Shown in pieces: positions 50,481-59,864 of a stretch of 64,000 nt of DNA (the stretch's first letter is position 1; every line of letters begins with the position of its first letter). Position numbers and translations under genes: made by a program. The notes under the pieces are model-generated. The model worked only from the letters and a program-made list of their open reading frames with translations. It was not told the DNA's origin and searched no databases. Source of the stretch: Hydrurus foetidus (Eukaryota); contig UYFQ01000006.1 in assembly GCA_900617105.1 (NCBI GenBank), positions 620,001 through 684,000 of the forward strand, in the 5' to 3' direction.

Positions 50481-53400
50481 TGCTGAGCCGCCTGATTGCC
50501 CTGTGCCTGTCGCAGCGCCTGCTGGTGCTGGTGCTGACAGTCCTGCTGATCGCCGCTGGCCTGTTCGCCCTGCGCGATTTGCCCATCGACGCTTTTCCCG
50601 ATGTGTCCAGCACGCAAGTCAAAATCATCATGAAAGCGCCGGGCATGACGCCTGAAGAGGTGGAGTCGCGCATCACCGTGGTGATTGAACAAGAGCTGCT
50701 GGGCATCCCGAACCAAACGGTGCTGCGCTCGTCGTCCAAATACGCGATAGCCGACATCACGGTCGATTTTGCCGATGGCACCGACATTTACTGGGCACGT
50801 CAGCAAGTGAGTGAACGCCTGGGCAATGTGCAAAAAGACCTGCCCGCCACGGCCAGCGGTGGCATGGCCCCCATCACCACTCCGCTGGGTGAGGTGTTCA
50901 TGTTCACCATCGAAGGGCCGCAAAGCCTGACCGACAAACGCACCCTGCTCGACTGGGTGATTCGCCCGCAGTTGCGGGCCATCACCGGCGTGGCGGATGT
51001 GAATGCGCTGGGCGGTTTGGTGAAAAGCTTGGAGGTCGTGCCCAACCCAGCGGCGCTGGCGGCACGCGGTGTCTCGCTCGCGCAGCTGCACACAGCCTTG
51101 GAAACCAACAACCGCAGCGACGGAGCCGGTCGCCTCAACGTGAATGACACCACGCTGCTGGTGCGTGCCAGCGGCAACCTCACCTCGCTGGACGACGTGC
51201 GCAGCGTGGTGGTCGTCCAGCGTGCCGGGCAAGTGGTGCGCGTGGGCGATGTGGCCGAGGTGCGTGTGGGCAGCCTCACGCGCTACGGGGCTGTCACCCA
51301 AGACGGCAAGGGCGAGGCGGTAGAAGGTTTGGTGCTGGCGCTGCGGGGGGCCAACGCCCGCACCCTGGTCAACCAAGTGCGCGAGAAACTGGCACAGATC
51401 GAAAAAACCCTGCCTGCGGGCACCACGCTGAAAACCTTTTACGACCGGGGCAACCTGGTTGACCGCGCTGTCCACACCGTCACCCAAGCGCTGGGCGAGG
51501 CGATTGCGCTGGTGTTGGTGCTGTTGCTGGTGTTCCTGGGCAACCTGCGGGCGGCGCTGGTGGTGGCGATGATTTTGCCGCTGTCGGCGTTGGCGACGTT
51601 CGTGTTGATGCGCCAGTTTGGCTTGTCCGCCAATTTGATGTCGCTAGGGGGGTTGGCGATTGCGATTGGGATGCTGGTGGACGCGGCGGTGGTGGTGGTG
51701 GAGAACATCGAGGCTCGGGGGGGGAGCCCTCAGCCTGGCCCTCTCCCAGAGGGAGAGGGGATAAAACCAGGGGAGGCGCTTATGGATACTGCGCATGCAG
51801 CTATCATTTTTGATGCTTCGAAAGAAGTCGCCGTCCCCGTCACAGCGGGCATCGCCATCATCATCACCGTGTTCCTGCCGCTGCTGACCTTGCAGGGGCT
51901 GGAGGGCAAGCTGTTCATTCCCGTGGCGTTGACGATTGTGTTTGCGCTGGCGGGCTCGCTGCTGCTGTCGCTCACCGTCATCCCGGTGCTGGCCTCGCTG
52001 TTGTTGGGCACGTCGGCCCACACCACGCCGTGGCTGGTGCGCAAGCTGGACGCGCTCTACCACCGGGTGCTGGGTTTCGCGTTGGCCCACAGCCAGCCCG
52101 TCTACCTGGGGGCCATCGCGCTGCTGCTGGTGACGGTAGCGGTCTACCCGCTGATTGGCAAATCTTTCATGCCCAACCTGGACGAGGGCGACATCATTTT
52201 GCAGACGGAAAAGCTGCCGTCCATCAACCTCGACACCGCCACCGCCACCGACCTCGCGATTCAAAAACGCCTGCTCGCCACGGTGCCCGAGATCACCAGC
52301 ATCGTCGCCCGCGCAGGCGCAGACGAACTGGGCCTAGACCCGATGGGGCTGAACGACACCGACACCTTTTTGGTGCTCAAACCCCGCTCGCAGTGGCGCA
52401 GCCAGGACAAAGAAAAACTGGTGGACGCGATCCGCCAGCAGGTGGCCGACTTCCCCCACATCATCTTCAGCTTCACCCAGCCCATCGAGATGCGCACGTC
52501 GGAAATGCTGTCGGGCGTGCGCGGCGATCTGGCGGTCAAAATTTTTGGCCCCAACGCCGCAGAGCTCGACAAACTCGCCAACGCCACCGTCGCCCTGCTG
52601 CAAACCATCCCCGGCAACGAAGACGTGCAAACCGTCAAAAACGAGGGTGTGCAGTACCTGCAATTAGAGTTGAACCGCCAAGCCATAGGCCGCCTGGGCT
52701 TGAGCGTGGAAGACGTGCAAAACGCCCTCAAATCGCTGGTGGAAGGCCGCAGCGCAGGCGTGGTGATTGAGCAAGGGCGGCGCGTGCCGTTGATGGTGCG
52801 CGGGTCAGAGGGCTTGCGCTTGTCTGACGCGCTGTTCCAGCAACTGCGCATCCCCTTGGCCGATGGCGATGCCGTGGCGCTGAGCAGTATCGCCACGCTG
52901 AAGACGCAAGACGGCCCCGTCAAGATTGACCGCGAAAACTCCTCGCGCATGGTGGTGGTGCGGGCCAATGTGCGTGGGCGGGACTTGGTCAGCTTTGTGG
53001 CCGATGCGCAGGCAGCGTTCGACATGCACATCTTGCTCCCACCCAACTACCGCGCCACCTGGGGCGGCCAGTTTGAAAACCAGCAACGCGCCGCCGCCCG
53101 CCTCGCGGTGGTGGTGCCAGCGGCGCTGGTGCTGATATTTTTGCTGCTGTTCACCACACTGGGATCGGTGCGCCAAGCGGTGCTGGTGCTGGTCAACATC
53201 CCGTTCGCGCTGGTAGGCGGGGTGTTGGCGCTGTGGGTCAGCGGCGAATACCTGTCGGTGCCCGCCTCGGTGGGTTTCATCGCGCTGATGGGCATTGCGG
53301 TGCTCAATGGGCTGGTGATGATGGGCACCTTCAACCAACTGCACAACCAAGGCATGGCGATGGCGCAAGTCGTCATGCAGGGTGCCCGCCAGCGCCTGCG

Positions 53401-53647
53401 CCCGGTGCTGATGACGGCCAGCATCACCGGCTTTGGGCTGATTCCGCTGCTGCTGGCCAGCGGGCCGGGTTCAGAAATCCAACGCCCCTTGGCCATCGTC
53501 GTGGTGGGCGGCTTGGTCAGCGCCACCTTGTTGACGCTGGTGCTGCTGCCATGCCTGTTCCGCCGCTTTGGTATTGCCCCAACAGCCCCTGGTGCGGCCA
53601 CCGCACCCACCACGCCCAAGCAGCCTTCCCTTGAGAGCGCCCCATGA
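50477..53647 (+). CDS. CusA/CzcA family heavy-metal RND permease
   Basis: LPIDAFPDV, NLMSLGGLAIAIGMLVDAAVVVVENI, EGKLF.P, RLRPVLMT and GSEIQRPLA. Confidence 0.96.
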   Translation: MMLSRLIALCLSQRLLVLVLTVLLIAAGLFALRDLPIDAFPDVSSTQVKIIMKAPGMTPEEVESRITVVIEQELLGIPNQTVLRSSSKYAIADITVDFADGTDIYWARQQVSERLGNVQKDLPATASGGMAPITTPLGEVFMFTIEGPQSLTDKRTLLDWVIRPQLRAITGVADVNALGGLVKSLEVVPNPAALAARGVSLAQLHTALETNNRSDGAGRLNVNDTTLLVRASGNLTSLDDVRSVVVVQRAGQVVRVGDVAEVRVGSLTRYGAVTQDGKGEAVEGLVLALRGANARTLVNQVREKLAQIEKTLPAGTTLKTFYDRGNLVDRAVHTVTQALGEAIALVLVLLLVFLGNLRAALVVAMILPLSALATFVLMRQFGLSANLMSLGGLAIAIGMLVDAAVVVVENIEARGGSPQPGPLPEGEGIKPGEALMDTAHAAIIFDASKEVAVPVTAGIAIIITVFLPLLTLQGLEGKLFIPVALTIVFALAGSLLLSLTVIPVLASLLLGTSAHTTPWLVRKLDALYHRVLGFALAHSQPVYLGAIALLLVTVAVYPLIGKSFMPNLDEGDIILQTEKLPSINLDTATATDLAIQKRLLATVPEITSIVARAGADELGLDPMGLNDTDTFLVLKPRSQWRSQDKEKLVDAIRQQVADFPHIIFSFTQPIEMRTSEMLSGVRGDLAVKIFGPNAAELDKLANATVALLQTIPGNEDVQTVKNEGVQYLQLELNRQAIGRLGLSVEDVQNALKSLVEGRSAGVVIEQGRRVPLMVRGSEGLRLSDALFQQLRIPLADGDAVALSSIATLKTQDGPVKIDRENSSRMVVVRANVRGRDLVSFVADAQAAFDMHILLPPNYRATWGGQFENQQRAAARLAVVVPAALVLIFLLLFTTLGSVRQAVLVLVNIPFALVGGVLALWVSGEYLSVPASVGFIALMGIAVLNGLVMMGTFNQLHNQGMAMAQVVMQGARQRLRPVLMTASITGFGLIPLLLASGPGSEIQRPLAIVVVGGLVSATLLTLVLLPCLFRRFGIAPTAPGAATAPTTPKQPSLESAP
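51727..51759. repeat. REP-like palindromic element inserted in frame in the RND gene
   Basis: CCCTCAGCCTGG-CCCTCTCCC-AGA-GGGAGAGGG with a perfect 9-bp stem. Encodes PQPGPLPEGEG in the loop after TM4. Confidence 0.75.
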
Positions 53648-55005
53648 GGGTGATGTTTCACATGAAACAATTTTCATCTTTACGCTACAATATTCATAGC
53701 TGTCTGTTCATATTGAGCATGCTACAAAGCCCATTTTCAGGGGCAGAGAACGCCCCGGCAAATTACCCTCAAAGTCTGCCGCCTGCCCCTCTGGTGCGCA
53801 TCGCCATCGCCGCTGCACCGATGACCGAGTTGGCCCGGTTGGGCTGGCTGGCAGAACAATCGCAAGCCGGGTTGCTGCGCAGTGGCAGCTACGAATGGAC
53901 GGCCCGCGTCGCCGTGCAGCGCCGCCGCGAACGCCTGGGCAGCAGCTTCACCGAACCCGAGTTGTCGCTGGAGCGCCCCGTTCGCTGGGGCAACAAAGCC
54001 GCCATAGATGGCAGTTTGGCAGAGGCGGGGATGGCCGCAGCCCTTTCCGGCTTTGAAGATGCGTGGCACGAATCAGGCCGCGCCCTGCTCAAAGCCTGGT
54101 TTGACGTGGCACGAGAAGAAAGCACCGTCGCCAGCTGGGTGCAACAAACCGAACTCAGCCGCCAGCAGGTCAGTGTGGTGGAGCGCCGTGTCGCCGCCGG
54201 TGACGCACCCCGGCTGGAAACCCTGCTGGCCCAAGGCGAGCACGAGCGCAGTGTGGCTGCCCTGACCAGCGCCCGCCTGAACGCCCAAGCGCTGCGGGTG
54301 GCGTTCGACCGCAAATACCCGGCACTGCAAGGCCTGCGGCCTGCCATGTTGGGCGCTGCATCAAATACCACACCTGCAACTGAAAACACCGCCGACAGCG
54401 TGGCGCAAATGACCCAAGCCATCTTGGCGGACAACCACGAAATCGAGCTGGCCCAGGCCAACACCTTGATCGCCCGTCTCCGCCTGGTACGCACCGACAG
54501 CGAGCGCCGCGCTGACCCCACCGTGGGCATCCGCTACGCCCAAGAGCGCGGAGGGCAAGACAATATCATCGGCGTGCATATCGCCATCCCCTTTGGCAGC
54601 GTGGCCCGCGATACCCGCGCCCGTCTGGCCGCTGTCGAAGCCGATAAAGCAGCCACCCGTGAGCAAGAAACCACGGTGCGCGTCGGCTATGAAGCGGCCC
54701 AAGCCGCCCAAGCCGTCCCCCTGACCCGCCAGATCGCCCTCCAGCTCAGCGCCTCCGCCCAAAAAGCCAACACCGCCGCCACACTGGCCGGTAAGGCCTA
54801 CGCCGAAGGCGAAACCCTGCTGGCCAACTGGCTGCAAGCCCGCCGCCAAGCCCGCGAAACCCAACTTGCCGCCACACTGGCCCAAGTCAACGCCGAAGAA
54901 GCCACCGCCCGCGCCCAACTCGATGCCCACCAGCTGTGGACACCGCCCCCGCTGGACAGCAGCAGCCATGATTTTTCGGTGCCGCACGGCGAGGTGAAGC
55001 CGTAG
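53644..55005 (+). CDS. TolC family outer membrane efflux protein
   Basis: Helical OEP repeats (RRVAAGDAPRLE; AYAEGE..L..WLQARR). Overlaps the RND stop by 4 bp. Confidence 0.88.
   Translation: MRVMFHMKQFSSLRYNIHSCLFILSMLQSPFSGAENAPANYPQSLPPAPLVRIAIAAAPMTELARLGWLAEQSQAGLLRSGSYEWTARVAVQRRRERLGSSFTEPELSLERPVRWGNKAAIDGSLAEAGMAAALSGFEDAWHESGRALLKAWFDVAREESTVASWVQQTELSRQQVSVVERRVAAGDAPRLETLLAQGEHERSVAALTSARLNAQALRVAFDRKYPALQGLRPAMLGAASNTTPATENTADSVAQMTQAILADNHEIELAQANTLIARLRLVRTDSERRADPTVGIRYAQERGGQDNIIGVHIAIPFGSVARDTRARLAAVEADKAATREQETTVRVGYEAAQAAQAVPLTRQIALQLSASAQKANTAATLAGKAYAEGETLLANWLQARRQARETQLAATLAQVNAEEATARAQLDAHQLWTPPPLDSSSHDFSVPHGEVKP
53654..53669. promoter_or_regulatory. parS-like site (one central mismatch)
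   Basis: TGTTTCACATGAAACA, 15/16 match. Confidence 0.55.
53684..53737 (+). repeat. 54-bp dispersed repeat, copy C (inside the TolC N-terminal coding region)
   Basis: GCTAC-N7-ATAGCT-N6-TC-N9-ATGCT-N9-ATTTT. Confidence 0.55.
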
Positions 55006-55116
55006 CCGCAAAAGGAATCCTCCAGGCCCCTTGAATTCCAATACTTCGCACTGCATTTGTCGGGCTAACCCCACCCATCATCCATCCCCCTCACACTCAA
55101 CCCAAGGAAGACACCC

Positions 55117-55725
55117 ATGAAACTCTATTACTCCCCCGGCGCTTGCTCACTCTCTCCTCACATCGCGTTACATGAGGCAGGCCTCACCTTCCAAGCACTC
55201 AAAGCGCCGACCAAAACCCATCAGCTCGACGATGGCACCGATTACTACACCATCAACCCGCTGGGCTACGTGCCGTTTTTGGCGTTGGACGACGGTCGCA
55301 CCCTTCACGAAGGCCCGGCCATCGTTCAGTACATCGCAGACCTTGCACCTGAAAAGAACCTCGCCCCCGCCAACGGCACCTGGGAGCGTTACAAGCTGCA
55401 AGAGTGGCTGAACGTGATTGGCACCGAGTTGCACAAAGGCTTCAGCCCGCTGTTCAACCCTGCCACGACTGACGATGCCAAAGCAGCCGCCAAAACCAAG
55501 CTGATGTCGCGCCTGACCTGGGTGGACGCTCAGTTGGCGGGCAAGCAGTATCTGATGGGTGACAGCTTCACCGTGGCCGATGGCTATTTGTTCACCGTCA
55601 CCAACTGGACAGCACCTACCGGCATGGACATCAGCGGTTTGGCTAATTTGGCGGCTTTCCGTGGCCGTGTCGCTGCACGCCCTGCGGTGCAAGCGGCGAT
55701 GAAGGCAGAAGGCCTGCTCAAATAA
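55117..55725 (+). CDS. gstA: Glutathione S-transferase, beta class
   Basis: MKLYYSPGACSLSPHI, INPLGYVP and TELHKGFSPLF motifs. Confidence 0.95.
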   Translation: MKLYYSPGACSLSPHIALHEAGLTFQALKAPTKTHQLDDGTDYYTINPLGYVPFLALDDGRTLHEGPAIVQYIADLAPEKNLAPANGTWERYKLQEWLNVIGTELHKGFSPLFNPATTDDAKAAAKTKLMSRLTWVDAQLAGKQYLMGDSFTVADGYLFTVTNWTAPTGMDISGLANLAAFRGRVAARPAVQAAMKAEGLLK

Positions 55726-55795
55726 TGACACCGAAGCGCTCGCCCTGTGGCGAGCTGCTGGGTTGCTCGGGATAACTGGGCATAGACCAATGACC

Positions 55796-55818
55796 AAGGG
55801 GCCTTTACGGCCCCTTTT
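55796..55818 (+). terminator. Probable intrinsic terminator after gst
   Basis: AAGGGGCC-TTTAC-GGCCCCTT stem followed by TT (T-run). Confidence 0.6.
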
Positions 55819-55865
55819 GTCCTTCATGACCTTCAAGGTCTGGCTTCTTTTTGGATGATTTCCCC

Positions 55866-56978
55866 ATGACTTCTTTGTTTGAACCCTTTCGCGCGGGTCG
55901 CTTGCAACTGGCCAACCGTGTCGTGATGGCCCCGCTGACGCGCAACCGCGCACCCGGCCAAGTACCGCACGCGAGCGCGGCCACCTACTACACCCAACGC
56001 GCTGACCCGCTCAGCGGTGCGGGCCTCATCATCACGGAGGCCACACCCATCAGCCCCACAGCGCATGGCTACGCCGACACGCCCGGTATCCACACCGCCG
56101 CGCAAATTGCCGCGTGGCGGGCCATCACCCAATCGGTACACGCCGCAGGCGGCAAGATCGTGGTGCAGCTGTGGCATGTGGGCCGCATCTCGCATGTAGA
56201 TTTGCAACCCGGTGGGCAAGCCCCTGTCGCCCCCTCAGCCATCACGGCTGTGGCCAAAACCTACCTCATCAAAGACGGCGTGGGTTCGTTTGTGGACACC
56301 TCAGCCCCCCGTGCACTGGCTCTGGCCGAGCTGCCCGGCATCGTTGACGACTACCGCCAAGCGGCCCGCAACGCGATAGACGCTGGTTTTGATGGCGTTG
56401 AAATCCACGCCGCCAACGGTTACTTGATCGACCAGTTCCTCAAAACAGGGGCAAACCAGCGCACGGATGCCTACGGTGGCGGCATTGAAAACAGAGCGCG
56501 GTTGTTGCTTGAAGTGACGCAAGCCATCGCCCGTGAAATCGGGGGTGACCGCACCGGCCTGCGCCTGTCGCCCGTCACCCCCGCCAACGGCATCGTTGAT
56601 GCTGATCCTCAACCGCTGTTCGACCATGTGCTGCGCGAGCTGGCCCCCTTGGGTCTGGCGTTCATTCACATCATCGAAGGCTCTACAGGTGGGCCGCGTG
56701 AGCTGCCTGATCGTCCGTTCGACTACGCTGCGGCCAAAGCGGTCTACCGGGCCGCAGGTGGGCAAGCTGCGTGGATGGTGAACAACGGCTACGACAAAGC
56801 CTTGGCCGAGCAGGCCTTGCAAGACGGTGCTGATTTGATCGCCTTTGGCAAACCCTTCATTGCCAACCCTGACCTGACCCGCCGCTTGCGCGAAAACGCA
56901 CCGCTGAACGCAGGCGACCGCAGCACGTTCTACGGCGGGGGCGACAAGGGCTATACCGACTACCCCGCGCTGGCCTGA
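55866..56978 (+). CDS. Alkene reductase, old yellow enzyme family (NemA/XenB-like)
   Basis: MAPLTRNRA, QLWHVGRISH, EIHAANGYLIDQFL and GYTDYP motifs. Confidence 0.95.
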   Translation: MTSLFEPFRAGRLQLANRVVMAPLTRNRAPGQVPHASAATYYTQRADPLSGAGLIITEATPISPTAHGYADTPGIHTAAQIAAWRAITQSVHAAGGKIVVQLWHVGRISHVDLQPGGQAPVAPSAITAVAKTYLIKDGVGSFVDTSAPRALALAELPGIVDDYRQAARNAIDAGFDGVEIHAANGYLIDQFLKTGANQRTDAYGGGIENRARLLLEVTQAIAREIGGDRTGLRLSPVTPANGIVDADPQPLFDHVLRELAPLGLAFIHIIEGSTGGPRELPDRPFDYAAAKAVYRAAGGQAAWMVNNGYDKALAEQALQDGADLIAFGKPFIANPDLTRRLRENAPLNAGDRSTFYGGGDKGYTDYPALA

Positions 56979-57120
56979 ACCACGCATTCAGCGGCTGGTC
57001 AGCTTTACAAAACATCACGCACGCCACACTTGGCCGTTACCCCAGGCTTGCAAAATTGACGCCAACCTGATGACTTGCATTGGGTAAGTTCAGTATGTTC
57101 AAACCGATGAGGAATTCACC

Positions 57121-57666
57121 ATGTCAATTTTTGCAAAACAAGCCCTGATGGCCAAACACGCTTACGTCGCCGCTCTGCTCGCCGGGGCCGCTTCGGTGGC
57201 CGGTGCCCAAACTGCAGCGATGCCACCAGCCATGCCTGAAGACGGGCGCAGTGCGTCCCACGGCATGCACGAGCGTGGCGGCAACGACCAGCATGACCCG
57301 GCCAAGATGCAAGCCTTCATGGCCAAGCGCCAAGCGGAACTGAAAGCCAAACTCAGCATCACCCCTGAGCAAGAGGGCAACTGGAGCAGCTTCACCGCAG
57401 CAATGAAGCCCCCCGCGACGGGTGGCATGGAGCGCCCTGACCGCGCCGAGTTTGACAAGCTGACCACGCCCGAGCGCATCGACAAAATGCAAGCTCTGCG
57501 CGACAAACGCCAAGCCACCATAAACCAAGCCATGAACCAGCGCGGCGAGGCGACCAAGGCGTTCTACAGTACCCTCAACCCTGAGCAAAAGAAGGTGTTT
57601 GACGCTGAGAGCCTCAAGTTCGGGCACTTTCGCCAGCATCAGCAAAACCAGCGCCAACGCGGCTGA
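57121..57666 (+). CDS. Spy/CpxP family periplasmic protein
   Basis: Signal peptide, LKAKLSITPEQ and FYSTLNPEQKKVFD (LTXXQ-type motifs). Confidence 0.85.
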   Translation: MSIFAKQALMAKHAYVAALLAGAASVAGAQTAAMPPAMPEDGRSASHGMHERGGNDQHDPAKMQAFMAKRQAELKAKLSITPEQEGNWSSFTAAMKPPATGGMERPDRAEFDKLTTPERIDKMQALRDKRQATINQAMNQRGEATKAFYSTLNPEQKKVFDAESLKFGHFRQHQQNQRQRG

Positions 57667-59038
57667 ACACCACACTGGCCCGCAAACCCATAGCCCCGTC
57701 ACCGGCATCGAAAGCCAGTTTCGCGCCCATAGTCTGGGCGTACTGGCCCACAATCGCCAGCCCCAGGCCAGCACCGTGCGCCAAGCGCTGGCCCGCACTG
57801 CCGCGCACCCAGCGCTGTGACAGCGTGTGCTGCTGTGCGCTGGGAATGCCCGGCCCGTTATCGATCACCGACAGCGTTAAGGTTTGATCTGTCACCGCCA
57901 CCGCCACCGTCACCCGCGCTTGCTCGCCCTGCACCGGTTTGCCATAACGCAAAGCGTTGTCGATCAAGTTGTTCAAAATGCCGTCTATCAAGGTGGGGTT
58001 GGCTTGGCAGGGAACAGGGGCATCAATGCCCCGCGCCCCCAAATCCACCCCTGCGGCATCAGCGCGTGGCAAAAACCGCAGCACCGCATCGCGCACCGCC
58101 ACGTCCAGCGCCACCGTCTCTAAGTTCAGGCCTTCGCGGGCTTCATCGGCCAAAGCCAGGGCAAGCAACTGGTCGACCATGTGTGTCGCGCGGGCTTCGC
58201 TGCGCAGCACATCTTGCAACTGCTGGTGCCATACGTCCGGCTCGCGCCGAGCCAAACCATATTCGGCCAAAGCACGGATGCCCGCCAGCGGTGTACGCAA
58301 CTCATGGGCCACGTTACCGGCGAATTCACGCTGGGCTTGCACGCTGGTTTGGATACGACCCAAGAGCGCGTTCAGCGCTTGCGCCAAGTGCTGAACATCG
58401 CGGGTGCGGGCTTCTGTAGGGAAGGCGGTGAGATCGTGTGCAGGGCGTTTGTCCACGGCTCGCTGGAGTTGCGCGAGCGGCTCTAAATCGGTCTGGATGG
58501 CGCGGCGCAGCCACACAGCCAGCAAAATCAACAGCAGCACCTGGGGCGCGATGGAATACACCAGCAAGCGCTGCAACATGCTGTCGCGGCTGAGCCGGGT
58601 TTGCGCCAGCACCACCTGAAAATCATGGCTGCCGTGTCGGGTCAAACTCACACTGCGCAGTGACAGCCCTTGGTACACGGTGTCTGCAAATTCATACGGC
58701 GTTTTGCCGTCTTGTGGCGCAGCCCGCAGGCCGGGGTGGCCCGCCACCAACGTGCCATCAGGGCGCAAAACGGCAAAGAAAACGATTTCTGTTTTGTCAA
58801 ACAGCACATGGTTGATTTCGCGGGGCGACAAAATCAATGCCAAGGTAGCCCCTTCCCCTTTGACGTTGGCGGCGACCGAGTAGGCATCGTCGAGCAAAGA
58901 GCGGTCAAACGCCTGCTGGGCAAAGTAATTGGCGATGCTGACGGTCACTACCGTGCCCACCAGCCACGTCAGCGCCAAAGGCAGCATCACATGTCTGACG
59001 ACCCGCGAGCGCAGTGAGGGGGTACGGGTAGGGTTCAT
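57614..59038 (-). CDS. Sensor histidine kinase (TctE-like, 2CSK_N)
   Basis: FDRSLLDDA, VAHELRTPL, NLIDNALRY, DNGPG and GAGLGL. Confidence 0.95.
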   Translation of the reverse strand: MNPTRTPSLRSRVVRHVMLPLALTWLVGTVVTVSIANYFAQQAFDRSLLDDAYSVAANVKGEGATLALILSPREINHVLFDKTEIVFFAVLRPDGTLVAGHPGLRAAPQDGKTPYEFADTVYQGLSLRSVSLTRHGSHDFQVVLAQTRLSRDSMLQRLLVYSIAPQVLLLILLAVWLRRAIQTDLEPLAQLQRAVDKRPAHDLTAFPTEARTRDVQHLAQALNALLGRIQTSVQAQREFAGNVAHELRTPLAGIRALAEYGLARREPDVWHQQLQDVLRSEARATHMVDQLLALALADEAREGLNLETVALDVAVRDAVLRFLPRADAAGVDLGARGIDAPVPCQANPTLIDGILNNLIDNALRYGKPVQGEQARVTVAVAVTDQTLTLSVIDNGPGIPSAQQHTLSQRWVRGSAGQRLAHGAGLGLAIVGQYAQTMGAKLAFDAGDGAMGLRASVVFSRVGAGFADAGESART

Positions 59039-59724
59039 CCTTGCGCCTCCAGCAAGTAGCCAATGCCCCGCAGTGTGCGGATGCCCGCACCACTGCCGGT
59101 GAGTTTTTTGCGCAAGCGCGAGATAAACGCTTCCAGCGCGTTATCACCCAGCGCTTCGTCGGTTTCAGAAAGTTTGTCAGACAGTTCGCGTTTGCTCACG
59201 GCCCTGCCCGGTGGGGTCAGCAGCTCCCACAACACCTCAAATTCGCGGGCGGGCAACTCCAGCAAGGCACCGTCCAGCGTCATGCGGCGGGCTTTGCGGT
59301 CGAGCTTGAGCGTGCCCACGCTGACCACATCATCGGTGCCTTGGGTGCGCCTGACCAAGGCCCGCAGCCGCGCTTCCACCTCGGCCAGCTCAAACGGTTT
59401 GCCCAGGTAATCGTCGGCACCCGCGTCCAGGCCCGCAATGCGTTCTTCGGTGCGGTTGCGGGCGGTCAACACCAGCACGGGGGTACGGTCGCCTCTGGCG
59501 CGGGCTTCGCGCAGGGCGGTCAAGCCGCTGGCCATAAGGTCGGCTCTGTCCGCCGAGGGGGGGATGTTCAGGTCAAGCAAGACGGCATCGAAGGGCTGCA
59601 CCCGCCACCAATGGCGAGCCTCAGCCAAGTCAGCCGCTGTGTCCACGCGGTGGCCCGCATCGCTCAGGCTGCGCAGCATCACGTCCCGCAGTACTTTGTC
59701 ATCTTCAACCAGCAAAATTCGCAT
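59035..59724 (-). CDS. OmpR-family response regulator (TctD-like)
   Basis: MRILLVEDD, GADDYLGKPF and RTLRGIGY motifs. Confidence 0.95.
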   Translation of the reverse strand: MRILLVEDDKVLRDVMLRSLSDAGHRVDTAADLAEARHWWRVQPFDAVLLDLNIPPSADRADLMASGLTALREARARGDRTPVLVLTARNRTEERIAGLDAGADDYLGKPFELAEVEARLRALVRRTQGTDDVVSVGTLKLDRKARRMTLDGALLELPAREFEVLWELLTPPGRAVSKRELSDKLSETDEALGDNALEAFISRLRKKLTGSGAGIRTLRGIGYLLEAQG

Positions 59725-59864
59725 GCAGCACGCCCCTTCTTTTGTGTACCTTCGTGACGCTTTCATGATGCTTTGGGCAACGCCAGAACAGCCAAGGTTA
59801 ACACCCAGATCGGATGTGCAACAGGGTCAGTTCAACGTCAGGTACGGTGTGGGATAAGCATGAA

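Noticed and set aside
59826..59841. GTCAG-N6-GTCAG repeat upstream of the second RND operon as an RR box
   Set aside because: Plausible given the 11-bp period, but too short and unreplicated to support as a feature.
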